A stretch of 64,000 bases of DNA, from assembly GCA_045635105.1 (NCBI GenBank), contig JAZRBN010000025.1, positions 8,054 to 72,053 of the forward strand, in the 5' to 3' direction. Numbering within the stretch: the first letter of the stretch is position 1; every line of letters starts with the position of its first letter. Position numbers and translations under genes: made by a program. Positions 9,196 to 19,418 of this stretch are shown piece after piece. The DNA is from Faecousia sp. (GTDB lineage Bacteria; Bacillota; Clostridia; Oscillospirales; Oscillospiraceae). Under the pieces are notes generated by a model. That model did no database searches. It was not told where the DNA came from and worked only from the letters and a program-made list of their open reading frames with translations.

Positions 9196-9987
9196 ATGCG
9201 TGTGAAACAGATAGGAAAAGCAATTTCCTGCGTTTGCTTTCGGATCATCCGGTTTTTGGTGTGGGTGTTCTATCCCAAAATGACCGTGGAGGGACTTGAA
9301 AAGCTTCCCAAGGAGCCTTGTATTGTAGTGGGTAACCATACCCAGATGAACGGACCCATTTGCGGAGAGCTGTATTTCCCCGGAAAGCGGAAAATCTGGT
9401 GCGCCCATCAGATGATGTGTATTAAGGAAGTGCCTGCCTACGCATTTACTGATTTTTGGAGCGGAAAACCCAAGTGGACGCACTGGTTTTATAAATTTTT
9501 GTCTTATGTGATTGCGCCGATCTCTGCCTGTGTGTTCACCAATGCCAAAACCATTCCGGTGTTCCAGGACAACCGGCTGCTGACCACCTTTAAGCAGACT
9601 GTTTCCGCATTGGAAGACAGCGCCAATGTGATCATCTTCCCGGAGTGCTATGAGCCGTATAATCAGATCGTGTATCAGTTCCAGGACCGGTTTATTGACA
9701 TTGCCAAGCTGTATTATAAACGCACGGGGAAGGCGCTGTCCTTTGTGCCGCTGTACATTGCGCCGAAGCTGAAAAAGATGTACGTAGGAACCCCCATAGC
9801 CTTTTGCGCAGATGAGCCGATGGAGCAGCAGCGGCAGAAGATTTGCAGCTACCTGATGGAGGAAATTACCCGCATTGCTGAGGGTTTGCCCCGGCATATC
9901 GTGGTGCCGTATCCCAATTTGCCGAAGAAGGCCTATCCCGTAAACATTCCCGACGAGGTGAAAGAATATGAGAAAACCTGTGGTTGA
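9196..9987 (+). CDS. PlsC-like glycerolipid acyltransferase, atypical motif I
   Basis: VEGLEKLP, IVVGNH, IFPE; NHTQMNG instead of HxxxxD. Confidence 0.7.
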   Translation: MRVKQIGKAISCVCFRIIRFLVWVFYPKMTVEGLEKLPKEPCIVVGNHTQMNGPICGELYFPGKRKIWCAHQMMCIKEVPAYAFTDFWSGKPKWTHWFYKFLSYVIAPISACVFTNAKTIPVFQDNRLLTTFKQTVSALEDSANVIIFPECYEPYNQIVYQFQDRFIDIAKLYYKRTGKALSFVPLYIAPKLKKMYVGTPIAFCADEPMEQQRQKICSYLMEEITRIAEGLPRHIVVPYPNLPKKAYPVNIPDEVKEYEKTCG

Positions 9988-10645
9988 CTACCGCGCGCTG
10001 CGCTTATCCAATTTAACCGGTCCTACATATCGGCATCTGCTGTTGCTGCTGGGCTGGGTGGTTTATTTTGCTTTGTATTTTCTCACGGAAAATTTGATTC
10101 CTGCGGAAAAATGCTACCCGGTATGGTGCAAATTGGACGATATCATTCCCTTTAATGAATGGTTTGTCATTCCCTATGTGGGGTGGTATGTGCTGATTGT
10201 GATTTCGCTGGGGTATTTTCTTCTGTACAATGTGGAAAATTTCAAAGCCTTGCAGACCTATATCATAATCACCCAGGCGGTTGCTATGATGTGCTATATT
10301 CTGTGGCCCACCCGGCAGGATTTGCGTCCCGAAACCTTCCCCCGGGAGAATGTGCTGACCTGGATTATGGGCATTATTTATACTAACGATACCAACACAG
10401 GCGTCTGCCCGTCGCTGCATGTGGCGTATTCACTGGGGATTGCATCTGCGTGGTTGAAGGAAAAGAGCGCTGCCTGGTATGTAAAGCTTATCGTGGTGAT
10501 TTTTGTGATTTTTGTCTGCCTGTCGGTGGCATTTACCAAGCAGCACTCTGTGGTGGATATTTTTGCGGCGCTGCCGGTGTGCCTGCTGGCAGAAATTCTG
10601 GTATTCGGAAAATACTATGCAAGACGGCGGAGGGTAAAGGTATGA
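9968..10645 (+). CDS. PAP2-superfamily membrane phosphatase/phosphotransferase
   Basis: Multi-TM; CPSLHVA and KQHSVVD motifs; overlaps upstream gene by 20 nt. Confidence 0.8.
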   Translation: MRKPVVDYRALRLSNLTGPTYRHLLLLLGWVVYFALYFLTENLIPAEKCYPVWCKLDDIIPFNEWFVIPYVGWYVLIVISLGYFLLYNVENFKALQTYIIITQAVAMMCYILWPTRQDLRPETFPRENVLTWIMGIIYTNDTNTGVCPSLHVAYSLGIASAWLKEKSAAWYVKLIVVIFVIFVCLSVAFTKQHSVVDIFAALPVCLLAEILVFGKYYARRRRVKV

Positions 10646-11820
10646 AATACCGCAAGGATAAGTACGGCAATGACATTTCCGCCTTAGGCTTTGGTTGTAT
10701 GCGCTTTCAGCGCAGCGGTGGCGGTATTGATATGGCAGAGGCGGAACGGGAGCTGATGGCTGCCGTTGATGCCGGCGTGAATTATTTTGACACTGCCTAT
10801 ATTTATCCCGGCAGTGAGGCGGCGCTGGGTGAGATTTTTGCTAGGAATCAAGTCCGGGAAAAGCTTTATATTGCCACCAAGCTGCCTCATTATCTGATCA
10901 AATCCCGTGAGGGTATGGAGCGGCTGTTTGCAGAGCAGTTAAAGCGGTTAAAAACCGATTATATCGATTATTACCTGATGCATATGCTCACAGATGTGCA
11001 GACCTGGGAAAAGCTGAAACGGCTGGGAATCCTGGACTTTTTGGAGGAGAAAAAACGCGCCGGCGCGATCCGTCAGATCGGCTTTTCCTATCACGGCAAT
11101 TCCGATATGTTCTGTAAGCTGGTGGATGCCTATGACTGGGATTTCTGCCAGATTCAGTACAATTATATGGATGAGCATACCCAGGCCGGTCGAAAGGGCT
11201 TGCAGTATGCCCACAGTAAGGGAATGCCTGTGATTATTATGGAGCCGCTGCGGGGCGGTAAGCTGGTAAACCGGCTGCCCCAGCAGGCCATTACCGAATT
11301 TGAAAAGCATCCTTTGCGGCGCACACCGGCGCAGTGGGCGCTCCGTTGGCTGTGGAATCAGAAAGAGGTTACCTGCGTTCTTTCCGGTATGAATTCAATG
11401 GAGATGCTTGCCGACAATGTGGAAACCGCCTCCACAACGGAAATCGGTGAGCTGGGCAGGGAAGAGGAAATGATGCTTGCCCGGGTGGTGTCAGCTATCA
11501 ACGCCAATATGAAGGTTGGCTGCACCGGCTGCGGCTACTGTATGCCCTGTCCCAAGGGCGTGGATATTCCCGGCGCTTTTGCCGCCTATAACCGGGTGGC
11601 CTCCGAGGGCAAATTTGCAGGCTTGAAGGAGCATTTTATGTGCAGCGCTGCCCGGCAGGATTCTACTGCTGCCTATAACTGCATCGGCTGCGGAAAATGC
11701 GAGAGCCATTGCCCCCAGAGGATTCCTATTCGGCAGGAGCTGAAAAATGTACAAAAGGCATTGGAAGGGCCTGTTTACAGAGTTGCCCGGAAAGTGGTGG
11801 AAATCTTTAAACTGTATTGA
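10642..11820 (+). CDS. Aldo/keto reductase with C-terminal Fe-S (dicluster) domain
   Basis: LGFGCMR, YFDTAY, IMEPLRGG, CTGCGYCMPCP, CIGCGKCESHCP; ATGA overlap with PAP2 gene gives start 10642. Confidence 0.9.
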   Translation: MKYRKDKYGNDISALGFGCMRFQRSGGGIDMAEAERELMAAVDAGVNYFDTAYIYPGSEAALGEIFARNQVREKLYIATKLPHYLIKSREGMERLFAEQLKRLKTDYIDYYLMHMLTDVQTWEKLKRLGILDFLEEKKRAGAIRQIGFSYHGNSDMFCKLVDAYDWDFCQIQYNYMDEHTQAGRKGLQYAHSKGMPVIIMEPLRGGKLVNRLPQQAITEFEKHPLRRTPAQWALRWLWNQKEVTCVLSGMNSMEMLADNVETASTTEIGELGREEEMMLARVVSAINANMKVGCTGCGYCMPCPKGVDIPGAFAAYNRVASEGKFAGLKEHFMCSAARQDSTAAYNCIGCGKCESHCPQRIPIRQELKNVQKALEGPVYRVARKVVEIFKLY

Positions 11821-11846
11821 AAAAGCGGAGCATCAGCTCCGCTTTT
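11821..11846. terminator. Bidirectional terminator
   Basis: AAAAGCGGAG-CATCAG-CTCCGCTTTT. Confidence 0.8.
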
Positions 11847-13060
11847 TATGTTTCCGCATTGCGGTATTGGCTGGGGGTTGCCCCCTTGAATTTCAGAAAC
11901 TGTTTTGCAAAGTAGCTGGTATTGTTGTAGCCTACGGTGGCGGCGATCTGCTGGATTTGCAGATTGGTGTGTTTCAGCAGCGCCGCTGCCTGATTGGTAC
12001 GCTCCCGATTCACAAAGTCAATAAAGGTCATACCCAACTGTTGATGAAAGAGGGTAGACAGGTAGTTTGCATTTACCGTCAACGCCTTTGCGGTGTCCTT
12101 TACGGTGAGGTTGTCCGCAAGATGCTCTTTGATATAGGTTACCGCCAGATTGGTCAGCGGTTTCAGCTTGGGATAGGTGTGCTCCTGCACCAGACGGCAG
12201 TATCTGCGGATAATCTGCTCCATAAAGCGAGGAAGCTGCGCAGTTGTTTTCAGCTGCTCGATTTCCAGGCCGATTTCGTTGGACAGCTTGTCCACCCAGT
12301 AGGGGTGAATGCCGGATTCTTCCAAGGCGTGGCGGAGCTGGGTGTTCAGCACAATGCAGTAATTCTGCGCGTTCCGCAGGGGGTTTTTGTTGCGGATGGA
12401 GGTCTGCTTTTCGGGGTCGTAGCGTCCGATCATATACAGCGCCAGGGGCAGGTTGCCCTGCTTGATGGCGTCCGTGAGGGCAGCGCTGTATTCGTAGCGC
12501 ATTTCCACCTGCCGCATTTGCACAATGTCGCCACCGCTACCCACAGGCTGCATAAAAAAGCTTTTTTGTGAGGGTAGCAGGTTGTTTTGCACAATATTCA
12601 TGGGCTGCTCTTTACCCGTTAGATGTCCGAATACCAAATCGGCAGTGCGGTAGAGAATGTGGCTGGCAACTACCGGCAGACTGCCGGCAAATTGCGCAAT
12701 ACCGGCTGCGACCTGGGAGGGGATCTGATGTTGTCTTGCATTTTGCAGCGTTTCATCCCAATTGAACGGCTGCGTTAGGACAGGACCGAGAATATACAGT
12801 ATTTGCGCCTGCCTGTTAACATACATTAGCAATGTGATTCCGCCCAGGGAACTATATTCGTCAATAGTGTTGTCCTGCGGGGGAATTTGGTGCAAATGAT
12901 GCCAAAGGGAGGCGTTTTCTGTCAGAAAAGAATCAAAAGTGTGATTGGCAGTGCGGTGGAGAAAGTCTTGCAGCGCCTCTTTGGTGAAGGGAATGCAGGA
13001 AAAGGGAATTCTTGCGGTGGTTTCCAATAATTTTTGCAGAAAGATCGTTGTATCTCCCAT
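11846..13060 (-). CDS. AraC family regulator
   Basis: C-terminal double HTH (YLSTLF...IAATVGYNNTSYFAKQF...TPSQYR); GGAGG RBS before ATG 13060. Confidence 0.9.
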   Translation of the reverse strand: MGDTTIFLQKLLETTARIPFSCIPFTKEALQDFLHRTANHTFDSFLTENASLWHHLHQIPPQDNTIDEYSSLGGITLLMYVNRQAQILYILGPVLTQPFNWDETLQNARQHQIPSQVAAGIAQFAGSLPVVASHILYRTADLVFGHLTGKEQPMNIVQNNLLPSQKSFFMQPVGSGGDIVQMRQVEMRYEYSAALTDAIKQGNLPLALYMIGRYDPEKQTSIRNKNPLRNAQNYCIVLNTQLRHALEESGIHPYWVDKLSNEIGLEIEQLKTTAQLPRFMEQIIRRYCRLVQEHTYPKLKPLTNLAVTYIKEHLADNLTVKDTAKALTVNANYLSTLFHQQLGMTFIDFVNRERTNQAAALLKHTNLQIQQIAATVGYNNTSYFAKQFLKFKGATPSQYRNAET

Positions 13061-13203
13061 AAGGACAACCTCCAACTTGTATGAGATATGTATTATAATA
13101 TCAGAGATTTATTGTTTCTGCAAGGGCGGTTATATGGTAAAATGTAAAAAAAGAAACTGATAAATTGGGTTTCTTTGGTAAAAATGTTGAGGAGGTTTTC
13201 CCA

Positions 13204-14757
13204 GTGAAAACAACAAAACAACTCCGTCCCTTTGGTTTCCGGGACAAGCTTGCCTATGCAGCCGGCGATTTTGGCTGCAATATGAGCTTTGCTCTGAAAG
13301 GCACCGTGCAGACCTTCTGGCTAGTCTATATGATGATGGAAACCGGCCTGCTGTCTATTCTGCTTCTTTTGGTGCAGATTTGGGATGCTGTGAACGATCC
13401 TATGATCGGTACAATGATCGATAATGATCACCGGCATTACAAGCGCGGCAAATTTAAGCAGTATATTTTTGTTGGCGCCTGTGGTTTGCTCATTGGCGGC
13501 GCAGCGGTGTTCCTGCCCTTCCCCAATGCTCCCGTAGTTGTTAAGGCTGTTCTGTTCATTTTCGGTTATGTGATTTGGGATGCATTTTACACGGTTGCCA
13601 ATGTGCCTTATGGCTCGATGCTCTCTTTGGTAACCGAGGATGTGGGTGAGCGCGCACAGCTGTCCACCTGGCGTTCTATCGGCTCTATGTTCGGCAATAT
13701 CGTTCCCAGTATGATTCTGCCTATGCTGATTTGGCAGAAGGTTACTTACAACGGTTCCGATGATTTTCTGAGCAAGATCGAAATCCCCGAAGGTGTTGAT
13801 AAGTCTCAATTCTTAACAAATCCTTTGACCGGCACTCCCTATGAAATCGGTGAAGCGGTTCTCAGTCCCACTACCGGTAAGCAGGTGGAGATCCTGCTGG
13901 GTGAGCGTGTATTCTACGCTGCGCTGATTATGGGCGTTTTGGGCTTTATTGCCTTTATGTTTATGCTCAAAGCGATTACTGTTCGTGTAGATGAGAGTAC
14001 CGTAAAGGCCAGCGAAGGCGGCGAGAAGTTCAATATCCTGCAAGCCTTTGGTAAGTTTATGAGAAACCGTCCCGCTGTGGGCGCTACTCTGGCGGCTATG
14101 GGAATGTTCCTTGGTATGAATGCAGCTACGACTGCTAATACCATTATGTTTGCCACTTACTTCAATATGGCTTCTATGTCCGGTGTTGTGCAGATGATCG
14201 GATTCCTGCCTATGTTCCTGTTTATGCCCTTCATCACCAAGATCGTTAAGAAGTATGGTAAGAAGGAAGCTTCTGTGGTAGGCACCCTTGTCTCTTTGGT
14301 AGGCGGTGTGATTATGCTGATCTTCCCCATGATTGGCGATGTAAATACTTCCTTGATTGTTTATCTGGTCGGTCTGTGCCTGTTCGGTCTGGGTATGGGC
14401 GTTTATACCTGCGTGTCCTGGGCGCTGATGGCAGATGCTATTGATTATAATGAGTGGAAATTCGGCACCCGCGAGGAAGGCACTGTGTACTCTCTGCACT
14501 CTTTCTTCCGGAAGCTGGCACAGGGCGTTGGCCCCTCTGCTGTGCTTGCTATTATGGGCGTACTGGGCTACGTTTCCAAGCTGGGCACCATTGGTCAGAG
14601 TGCTGAGACTGCTAAGAATATGTGCTGGCTGGTAGGCGGTTTGTATATGTTCAGTGCAGTGCTGCAATTTATTGGTCTGGCTGTAATCTACAATCTGGAT
14701 AAGAAAACCCTTGCACAGATGAATGAAGAACTCTCCGCTAGAAAGCTTGCTGAATAA
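13204..14757 (+). CDS. MFS glycoside-pentoside-hexuronide (GPH) cation symporter
   Basis: AYAAGDFG, IWDAVNDP, NVPYGSM, ADAIDY..W...REEG; GGAGG RBS before GTG 13204. Confidence 0.9.
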   Translation: MKTTKQLRPFGFRDKLAYAAGDFGCNMSFALKGTVQTFWLVYMMMETGLLSILLLLVQIWDAVNDPMIGTMIDNDHRHYKRGKFKQYIFVGACGLLIGGAAVFLPFPNAPVVVKAVLFIFGYVIWDAFYTVANVPYGSMLSLVTEDVGERAQLSTWRSIGSMFGNIVPSMILPMLIWQKVTYNGSDDFLSKIEIPEGVDKSQFLTNPLTGTPYEIGEAVLSPTTGKQVEILLGERVFYAALIMGVLGFIAFMFMLKAITVRVDESTVKASEGGEKFNILQAFGKFMRNRPAVGATLAAMGMFLGMNAATTANTIMFATYFNMASMSGVVQMIGFLPMFLFMPFITKIVKKYGKKEASVVGTLVSLVGGVIMLIFPMIGDVNTSLIVYLVGLCLFGLGMGVYTCVSWALMADAIDYNEWKFGTREEGTVYSLHSFFRKLAQGVGPSAVLAIMGVLGYVSKLGTIGQSAETAKNMCWLVGGLYMFSAVLQFIGLAVIYNLDKKTLAQMNEELSARKLAE

Positions 14758-14767
14758 ACGCTTATTG

Positions 14768-14802
14768 CTGCCGCATCTGCTATGGCAGGTGCGGCAGTTT
14801 TT
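14768..14802 (+). terminator. Rho-independent terminator
   Basis: CTGCCGCATCTGC-TATG-GCAGGTGCGGCAG-TTTTT. Confidence 0.75.
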
Positions 14803-14882
14803 CTGCGAATTTACAAAATGTTTGGGACTTTTCCGGAAAAACCTGTATAATGAAATTATCTTACTGTTGGAGGTAACCGATT

Positions 14883-17126
14883 TTGAGACAAATTGTTAAT
14901 TTGAATCGTAAGTGGAGCTTTTCCAAGGCTGCCACAGCTGTCCCCACCGCTATTGATAACAAGTGGGACTTTGTGAACCTGCCCCACTGCTGGAACGCCA
15001 TTGACGGCCAGGACGGCGACAATGACTACTATCGCGGCACTGCTTATTATGCCAAAACTCTGAATAAGATGGATCTGCCCACCGCTGACCGGTATTATTT
15101 GGAATTGAAGGGCGCAAACTCCTCTGCGGATGTGTATATTAACGGCAAGCACCTTGCCCATCACGATGGCGGTTACTCCACCTGGCGTGTGGAATTGACC
15201 GAGGATCTTGCAGTAACCAATCTGCTGGTGATCGCTGTGGACAACAGCGCCAACGAAACTGTTTATCCCCAGATGGCTGACTTTACCTTCTATGGCGGCA
15301 TTTACCGGGATGTAAATTTGATCTGTGTCAGCCAATCCCACTTTGATCTGGATTATTACGGCGGCCCCGGCATTGCTGTAACGCCTGCCGTTAACGGCGC
15401 AAATGCCTCTGTGAAGGTGGATACATATCTGACCGATACCAAAATGGGTCAGACTATCCGCTATACCGTTTATGATGCTGATGAGAATGTGATTGCCCAG
15501 ACGCAGACCGCTGAGACCTCTGTAACGCTGGAAATTCCCAATGTGCATCTGTGGCACGGCCGCAAGGACCCCTATCTGTACTGCTGCGAGGCAGAGCTGA
15601 TGGAAGACGGCAATGTGCTGGACAGTGTTTGCACCCGCTTTGGCTGCCGTACCTTCCAGATTGACCCCAATAACGGCTTCATTCTTAACGGTGAAGAGTA
15701 CCCCCTGCGTGGCGTTTCCCGCCATCAGGACCGCTGGGGTTTGGGTAATGCTTTGCTTCCTGAGCATCACGAAGAGGATATGGACCTGATTTGCGAAATG
15801 GGCGCTACCACCATCCGGCTTGCCCACTATCAGCATGATCAGTATTTCTATGACCTGTGCGACGAAAAGGGTCTTGTGATCTGGGCGGAGATTCCCTACA
15901 TCTCCAAGCATATGCCCACCGGCCGCGAGAACACCATCTCCCAGATGAAGGAACTGATTGTTCAGAATTACAATCACCCCTCTATTGTGGTTTGGGGTCT
16001 TTCCAATGAGATTTCCATTGGCGGCTCTGACGATGACCTGCTGGAAAACCACCGGATTCTGAACGACCTGTGCCACGAAATGGATAAGACCCGTCTGACC
16101 ACCATCGCGGCTGTGTCTATGTGCAAGATGGACGATCCTTACTTGCAGATTCCCGATGTGGTGTCCTACAACCACTACTTTGGCTGGTACGGTGGCGATA
16201 CCGATATGAACGGCCCCTGGTTCGATAAGTTCCACGCTACCCACCCCAATATCCCCATCGGTTGCTCTGAGTATGGCTGTGAAGCGCTGAACTGGCACAC
16301 CTCCGACCCCAGACAGGGCGACTATACCGAGGAATACCAGGCTTACTACCACGAGGAGCTGATCAAGCAGCTGTTCACCCGGAAGTATATGTGGGCAACC
16401 CATGTGTGGAATATGTTCGACTTCGGCGCGGATGCCCGTAACGAGGGTGGCGAGAACGGTCAGAACCACAAGGGTCTTGTAACTATGGACCGCAAGTATA
16501 AAAAGGATTCCTTCTATGCTTACAAGGCATGGCTGTCTGACGAGCCCTTTGTCCACCTGTGTGGCAAGCGCTACATTGACCGGGTAGAGGATGTAACCAA
16601 GGTTACCGTTTACTCCAATCAGAAGACCGTGGAGCTGTTTGCCAACGGCGTAAGCCTGGGTGTGAAGGAAGCTGCCGACCACTTCTTCTATTTCAATGTG
16701 CCCAATGTGGGCGAGACTAAGCTGGTTGCAGTCTCCGGCGATATGAAGGATGAGAGCATCATTCGCAAAGTGGATACCTTTAATGATTCCTACCGCCTGG
16801 TGGAAAAGGGCGCAATTCTCAACTGGTTTGACATTGAAGCGCCTGAGGGTTACCTGTCTTTGAACGATAAGATGGGCGATGTCATCTCCACTGTGAAGGG
16901 TAAGCTCCTGTTTATGGGTATGTTTGCCAAAATGATGGGTGGCAAGGATGGCAAAATGCAGGCTGCCGGCTTTGAAGTGAATGCAGAGATGATGTCTATG
17001 ATGAACGGCTTTACTGTGCTGCGTCTGTTCACGCTGATGGGTGGTATGATGGATGTGAAGTTCACCAAGGAACAGCTTTTGGATTTGAATGCAAAGCTGA
17101 ACAAAATCAAAGCGCCTAAGAAATAA
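14883..17126 (+). CDS. GH2 beta-galactosidase/beta-glucuronidase-like hydrolase
   Basis: GGIYRDV, GVSRHQD, IRLAHY, WGLSNE, SEYG, NHKGL; TTG start after GGAGG. Confidence 0.9.
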   Translation: MRQIVNLNRKWSFSKAATAVPTAIDNKWDFVNLPHCWNAIDGQDGDNDYYRGTAYYAKTLNKMDLPTADRYYLELKGANSSADVYINGKHLAHHDGGYSTWRVELTEDLAVTNLLVIAVDNSANETVYPQMADFTFYGGIYRDVNLICVSQSHFDLDYYGGPGIAVTPAVNGANASVKVDTYLTDTKMGQTIRYTVYDADENVIAQTQTAETSVTLEIPNVHLWHGRKDPYLYCCEAELMEDGNVLDSVCTRFGCRTFQIDPNNGFILNGEEYPLRGVSRHQDRWGLGNALLPEHHEEDMDLICEMGATTIRLAHYQHDQYFYDLCDEKGLVIWAEIPYISKHMPTGRENTISQMKELIVQNYNHPSIVVWGLSNEISIGGSDDDLLENHRILNDLCHEMDKTRLTTIAAVSMCKMDDPYLQIPDVVSYNHYFGWYGGDTDMNGPWFDKFHATHPNIPIGCSEYGCEALNWHTSDPRQGDYTEEYQAYYHEELIKQLFTRKYMWATHVWNMFDFGADARNEGGENGQNHKGLVTMDRKYKKDSFYAYKAWLSDEPFVHLCGKRYIDRVEDVTKVTVYSNQKTVELFANGVSLGVKEAADHFFYFNVPNVGETKLVAVSGDMKDESIIRKVDTFNDSYRLVEKGAILNWFDIEAPEGYLSLNDKMGDVISTVKGKLLFMGMFAKMMGGKDGKMQAAGFEVNAEMMSMMNGFTVLRLFTLMGGMMDVKFTKEQLLDLNAKLNKIKAPKK

Positions 17127-17135
17127 ACCAAACAG

Positions 17136-17165
17136 AAAACCTCCGGGAAATTCCCGGAGGTTTTT
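17136..17165. terminator. Bidirectional terminator
   Basis: AAAACCTCCGGGA-AAT-TCCCGGAGGTTTT. Confidence 0.85.
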
Positions 17166-19042
17166 TATAGTTTCTTGACATTCAGTGCTCGTATAGCATT
17201 CAATACAGCCAGTACCATCACGCCCACATCGGCAAAGATGGCAAACCACATATTGGCAAAACCAAAAGCGCCCAGCAGCAGGCAGGCAAATTTAATGCCC
17301 AGGGCAAAGATGATGTTCTGATATACAATGCCCATACATTTCCGGGAGATGTTAATGGCTTTGGCAATTTTTGCTGGATTGTCATCCATCAGCACCACGT
17401 CCGCAGCCTCAATGGCGGCGTCGGAGCCGATGGCGCCCATGGCGATGCCGATATCCGCCCGGGACAGCACCGGTGCGTCGTTGATGCCATCGCCGGCGAA
17501 AATCAGTTTGCCACCAGCGGTGGAGAGGAGCTGCTCAACCTGCTCCACTTTATCTGCCGGGAGCAGTTCGCTGCATACCCGGTCGATGCCAAGGGATGCG
17601 GCTATGGCTTCCGCAGTTGCTTTGTTGTCGCCGGTAAGCATAACAATTTCGCTGACACCGGCGGCTTTCAGCTGCTGAACAGCTGCTTTGGCGTTGGGTT
17701 TTTCAGCATCAGCAATCACAATATATCCGCCATAGGCGCAGTCCACTGCCAGGTGAACGATCGTACCGATTGCGGCAGGCTCCTGGCAGGTGATGCCCAG
17801 CTGCTCCATCAGCTTGCGGTTGCCAACAGCTACCGCTGCGCCATCCACAACGGCAGTAATGCCCTTGCCGCTGATTTCCGTTATGTCGCAAACCCGCGAC
17901 CGGTCAATTTCTTTTCCGTAGGCGGTGAGAAGACTTTTGCTGATGGGGTGGGTGGAGGCGGATTCTGCCAATGCAGCGTATTCCAACAGTTGCTGCGCAT
18001 CCAGAGAATGGCTGTGAATTTCCGTTACTTGAAAGACTCCTTGGGTCAGCGTGCCGGTTTTATCCAGCACCACAGTTTTGGTTTTGGACAGGGCTTCCAA
18101 ATAATTAGAGCCTTTGATTAAAATACCTTCCTTGCTGGCGCCGCCCATACCGGCGAAAAAGGTCAGGGGAATGCTGATCACCAGCGCGCAGGGACAGCTG
18201 ATAACAAGAAATGTCAGCGCCCGGTAAATCCATCTGTCCCACAAAGGAGCGCTGCCCAGCAGAAGATTCAGTACCGGGGGCAGCACTGCCAGCGCCAATG
18301 CACTGCAACAGACAATGGGGGTGTAGCCCCGGGCGAATTTTGCAATGAAATTTTCAGATTTTGCTTTGCGGGAACCGGCTTGCTCCACCAGCTCCAGAAT
18401 TTTGCAGACAGTAGAATCTTCAAATCCCCTGGTGGTGGTGATTTTCAGCAGTCCCGTCATATTGATGCAGCCGCTGATTACTTCATCACCTGTATTTACT
18501 TCCCGGGGAAGACTCTCTCCTGTCAGCGCACTGGTGTTTAGTGTGGAGGTGCCGGAGGAAACAATGCCGTCGATGGGGATGCGTTCGCCGGGTCGCACTA
18601 TAATGGTGCTGCCCAAGGCCACCTCTTCCGGGTCAACCTGAATCAGCTTGCCGCCGTCTTCGATGTTGGCGTAGTCCGGCCGGATATCCATAAGGGCACT
18701 GATGCTGCGGCGGCTTTTTCCCACCGCGTAGCTTTCAAACAGCTCACCTACCTGATACAGCAGCATAACCGCGATGGCTTCGTTAAAATCATAGCTTTTC
18801 TGATAAAGGGCAAGGGCGATTGCGCCCAGCGTTGCCAGAGCCATGAGGAAGTTTTCGTCAAAAATTCTGCGGTTGCGTATGCCCATAAAGGCTTTTCGCA
18901 AAACGTCATATCCAATGAGAATATAAATTGCCAGTACCAGTACCAGGCGGGGCAGGGCAGACAGGGGAGCCAGATTCAGCACAGCCATTCCCGCTGCCGC
19001 GATACCGATCCGCAGGAGCTTATTTTTTTGTTTTCCCGTCAT
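17165..19042 (-). CDS. cadA: Heavy-metal (Cd/Zn/Co-type) P1B ATPase
   Basis: TGES, SCPC, DKTGTLT, HP, TGD, GDGINDAP, FADVG. Confidence 0.9.
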   Translation of the reverse strand: MTGKQKNKLLRIGIAAAGMAVLNLAPLSALPRLVLVLAIYILIGYDVLRKAFMGIRNRRIFDENFLMALATLGAIALALYQKSYDFNEAIAVMLLYQVGELFESYAVGKSRRSISALMDIRPDYANIEDGGKLIQVDPEEVALGSTIIVRPGERIPIDGIVSSGTSTLNTSALTGESLPREVNTGDEVISGCINMTGLLKITTTRGFEDSTVCKILELVEQAGSRKAKSENFIAKFARGYTPIVCCSALALAVLPPVLNLLLGSAPLWDRWIYRALTFLVISCPCALVISIPLTFFAGMGGASKEGILIKGSNYLEALSKTKTVVLDKTGTLTQGVFQVTEIHSHSLDAQQLLEYAALAESASTHPISKSLLTAYGKEIDRSRVCDITEISGKGITAVVDGAAVAVGNRKLMEQLGITCQEPAAIGTIVHLAVDCAYGGYIVIADAEKPNAKAAVQQLKAAGVSEIVMLTGDNKATAEAIAASLGIDRVCSELLPADKVEQVEQLLSTAGGKLIFAGDGINDAPVLSRADIGIAMGAIGSDAAIEAADVVLMDDNPAKIAKAINISRKCMGIVYQNIIFALGIKFACLLLGAFGFANMWFAIFADVGVMVLAVLNAIRALNVKKL

Positions 19043-19051
19043 TTTTTGACC

Positions 19052-19270
19052 TCAGAAAAAGATCTCACAATCCGGCTCTACCTTGCGGCAAACCTTCAAT
19101 ACATTCTTCATAACGGCAGCAGGGTCAGCGCCGTCAGCAAATTCCACTGTCATTTTCAGCATCATATAGTTTACGGTGGCGTTTGCTACGCCATCCACTT
19201 TCTTGGCGGCCTGTTCTATCAAATTGGCGCAGTTGGCGCAGTCAACTTCAATTTTATAAGTCTTTTTCAT
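19052..19270 (-). CDS. Stand-alone HMA metal-binding protein
   Basis: VDCANCA motif; GGAGG RBS before ATG 19270. Confidence 0.85.
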   Translation of the reverse strand: MKKTYKIEVDCANCANLIEQAAKKVDGVANATVNYMMLKMTVEFADGADPAAVMKNVLKVCRKVEPDCEIFF

Positions 19271-19291
19271 TGTATGTTCCTCCATTCAACA

Positions 19292-19347
19292 ATTAAACAA
19301 TCGCTTAATCGTAAGCAAAGTATACTATATTTCATTGAGAAAGTCAA
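19292..19347 (-). promoter_or_regulatory. Promoter and ArsR/CadC-type operator of the metal efflux genes
   Basis: Minus-strand TTGACT-17nt-TATACT; imperfect palindrome ATTAAACAATCGCTTAAT at 19292-19309. Confidence 0.6.
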
Positions 19348-19418
19348 GGGAAGGGGAGTAGTTTTTTCTTGTAACGGCCGCCCAACCGTGCTATACTGAT
19401 AGAAAAGGAGGGAGCGAA

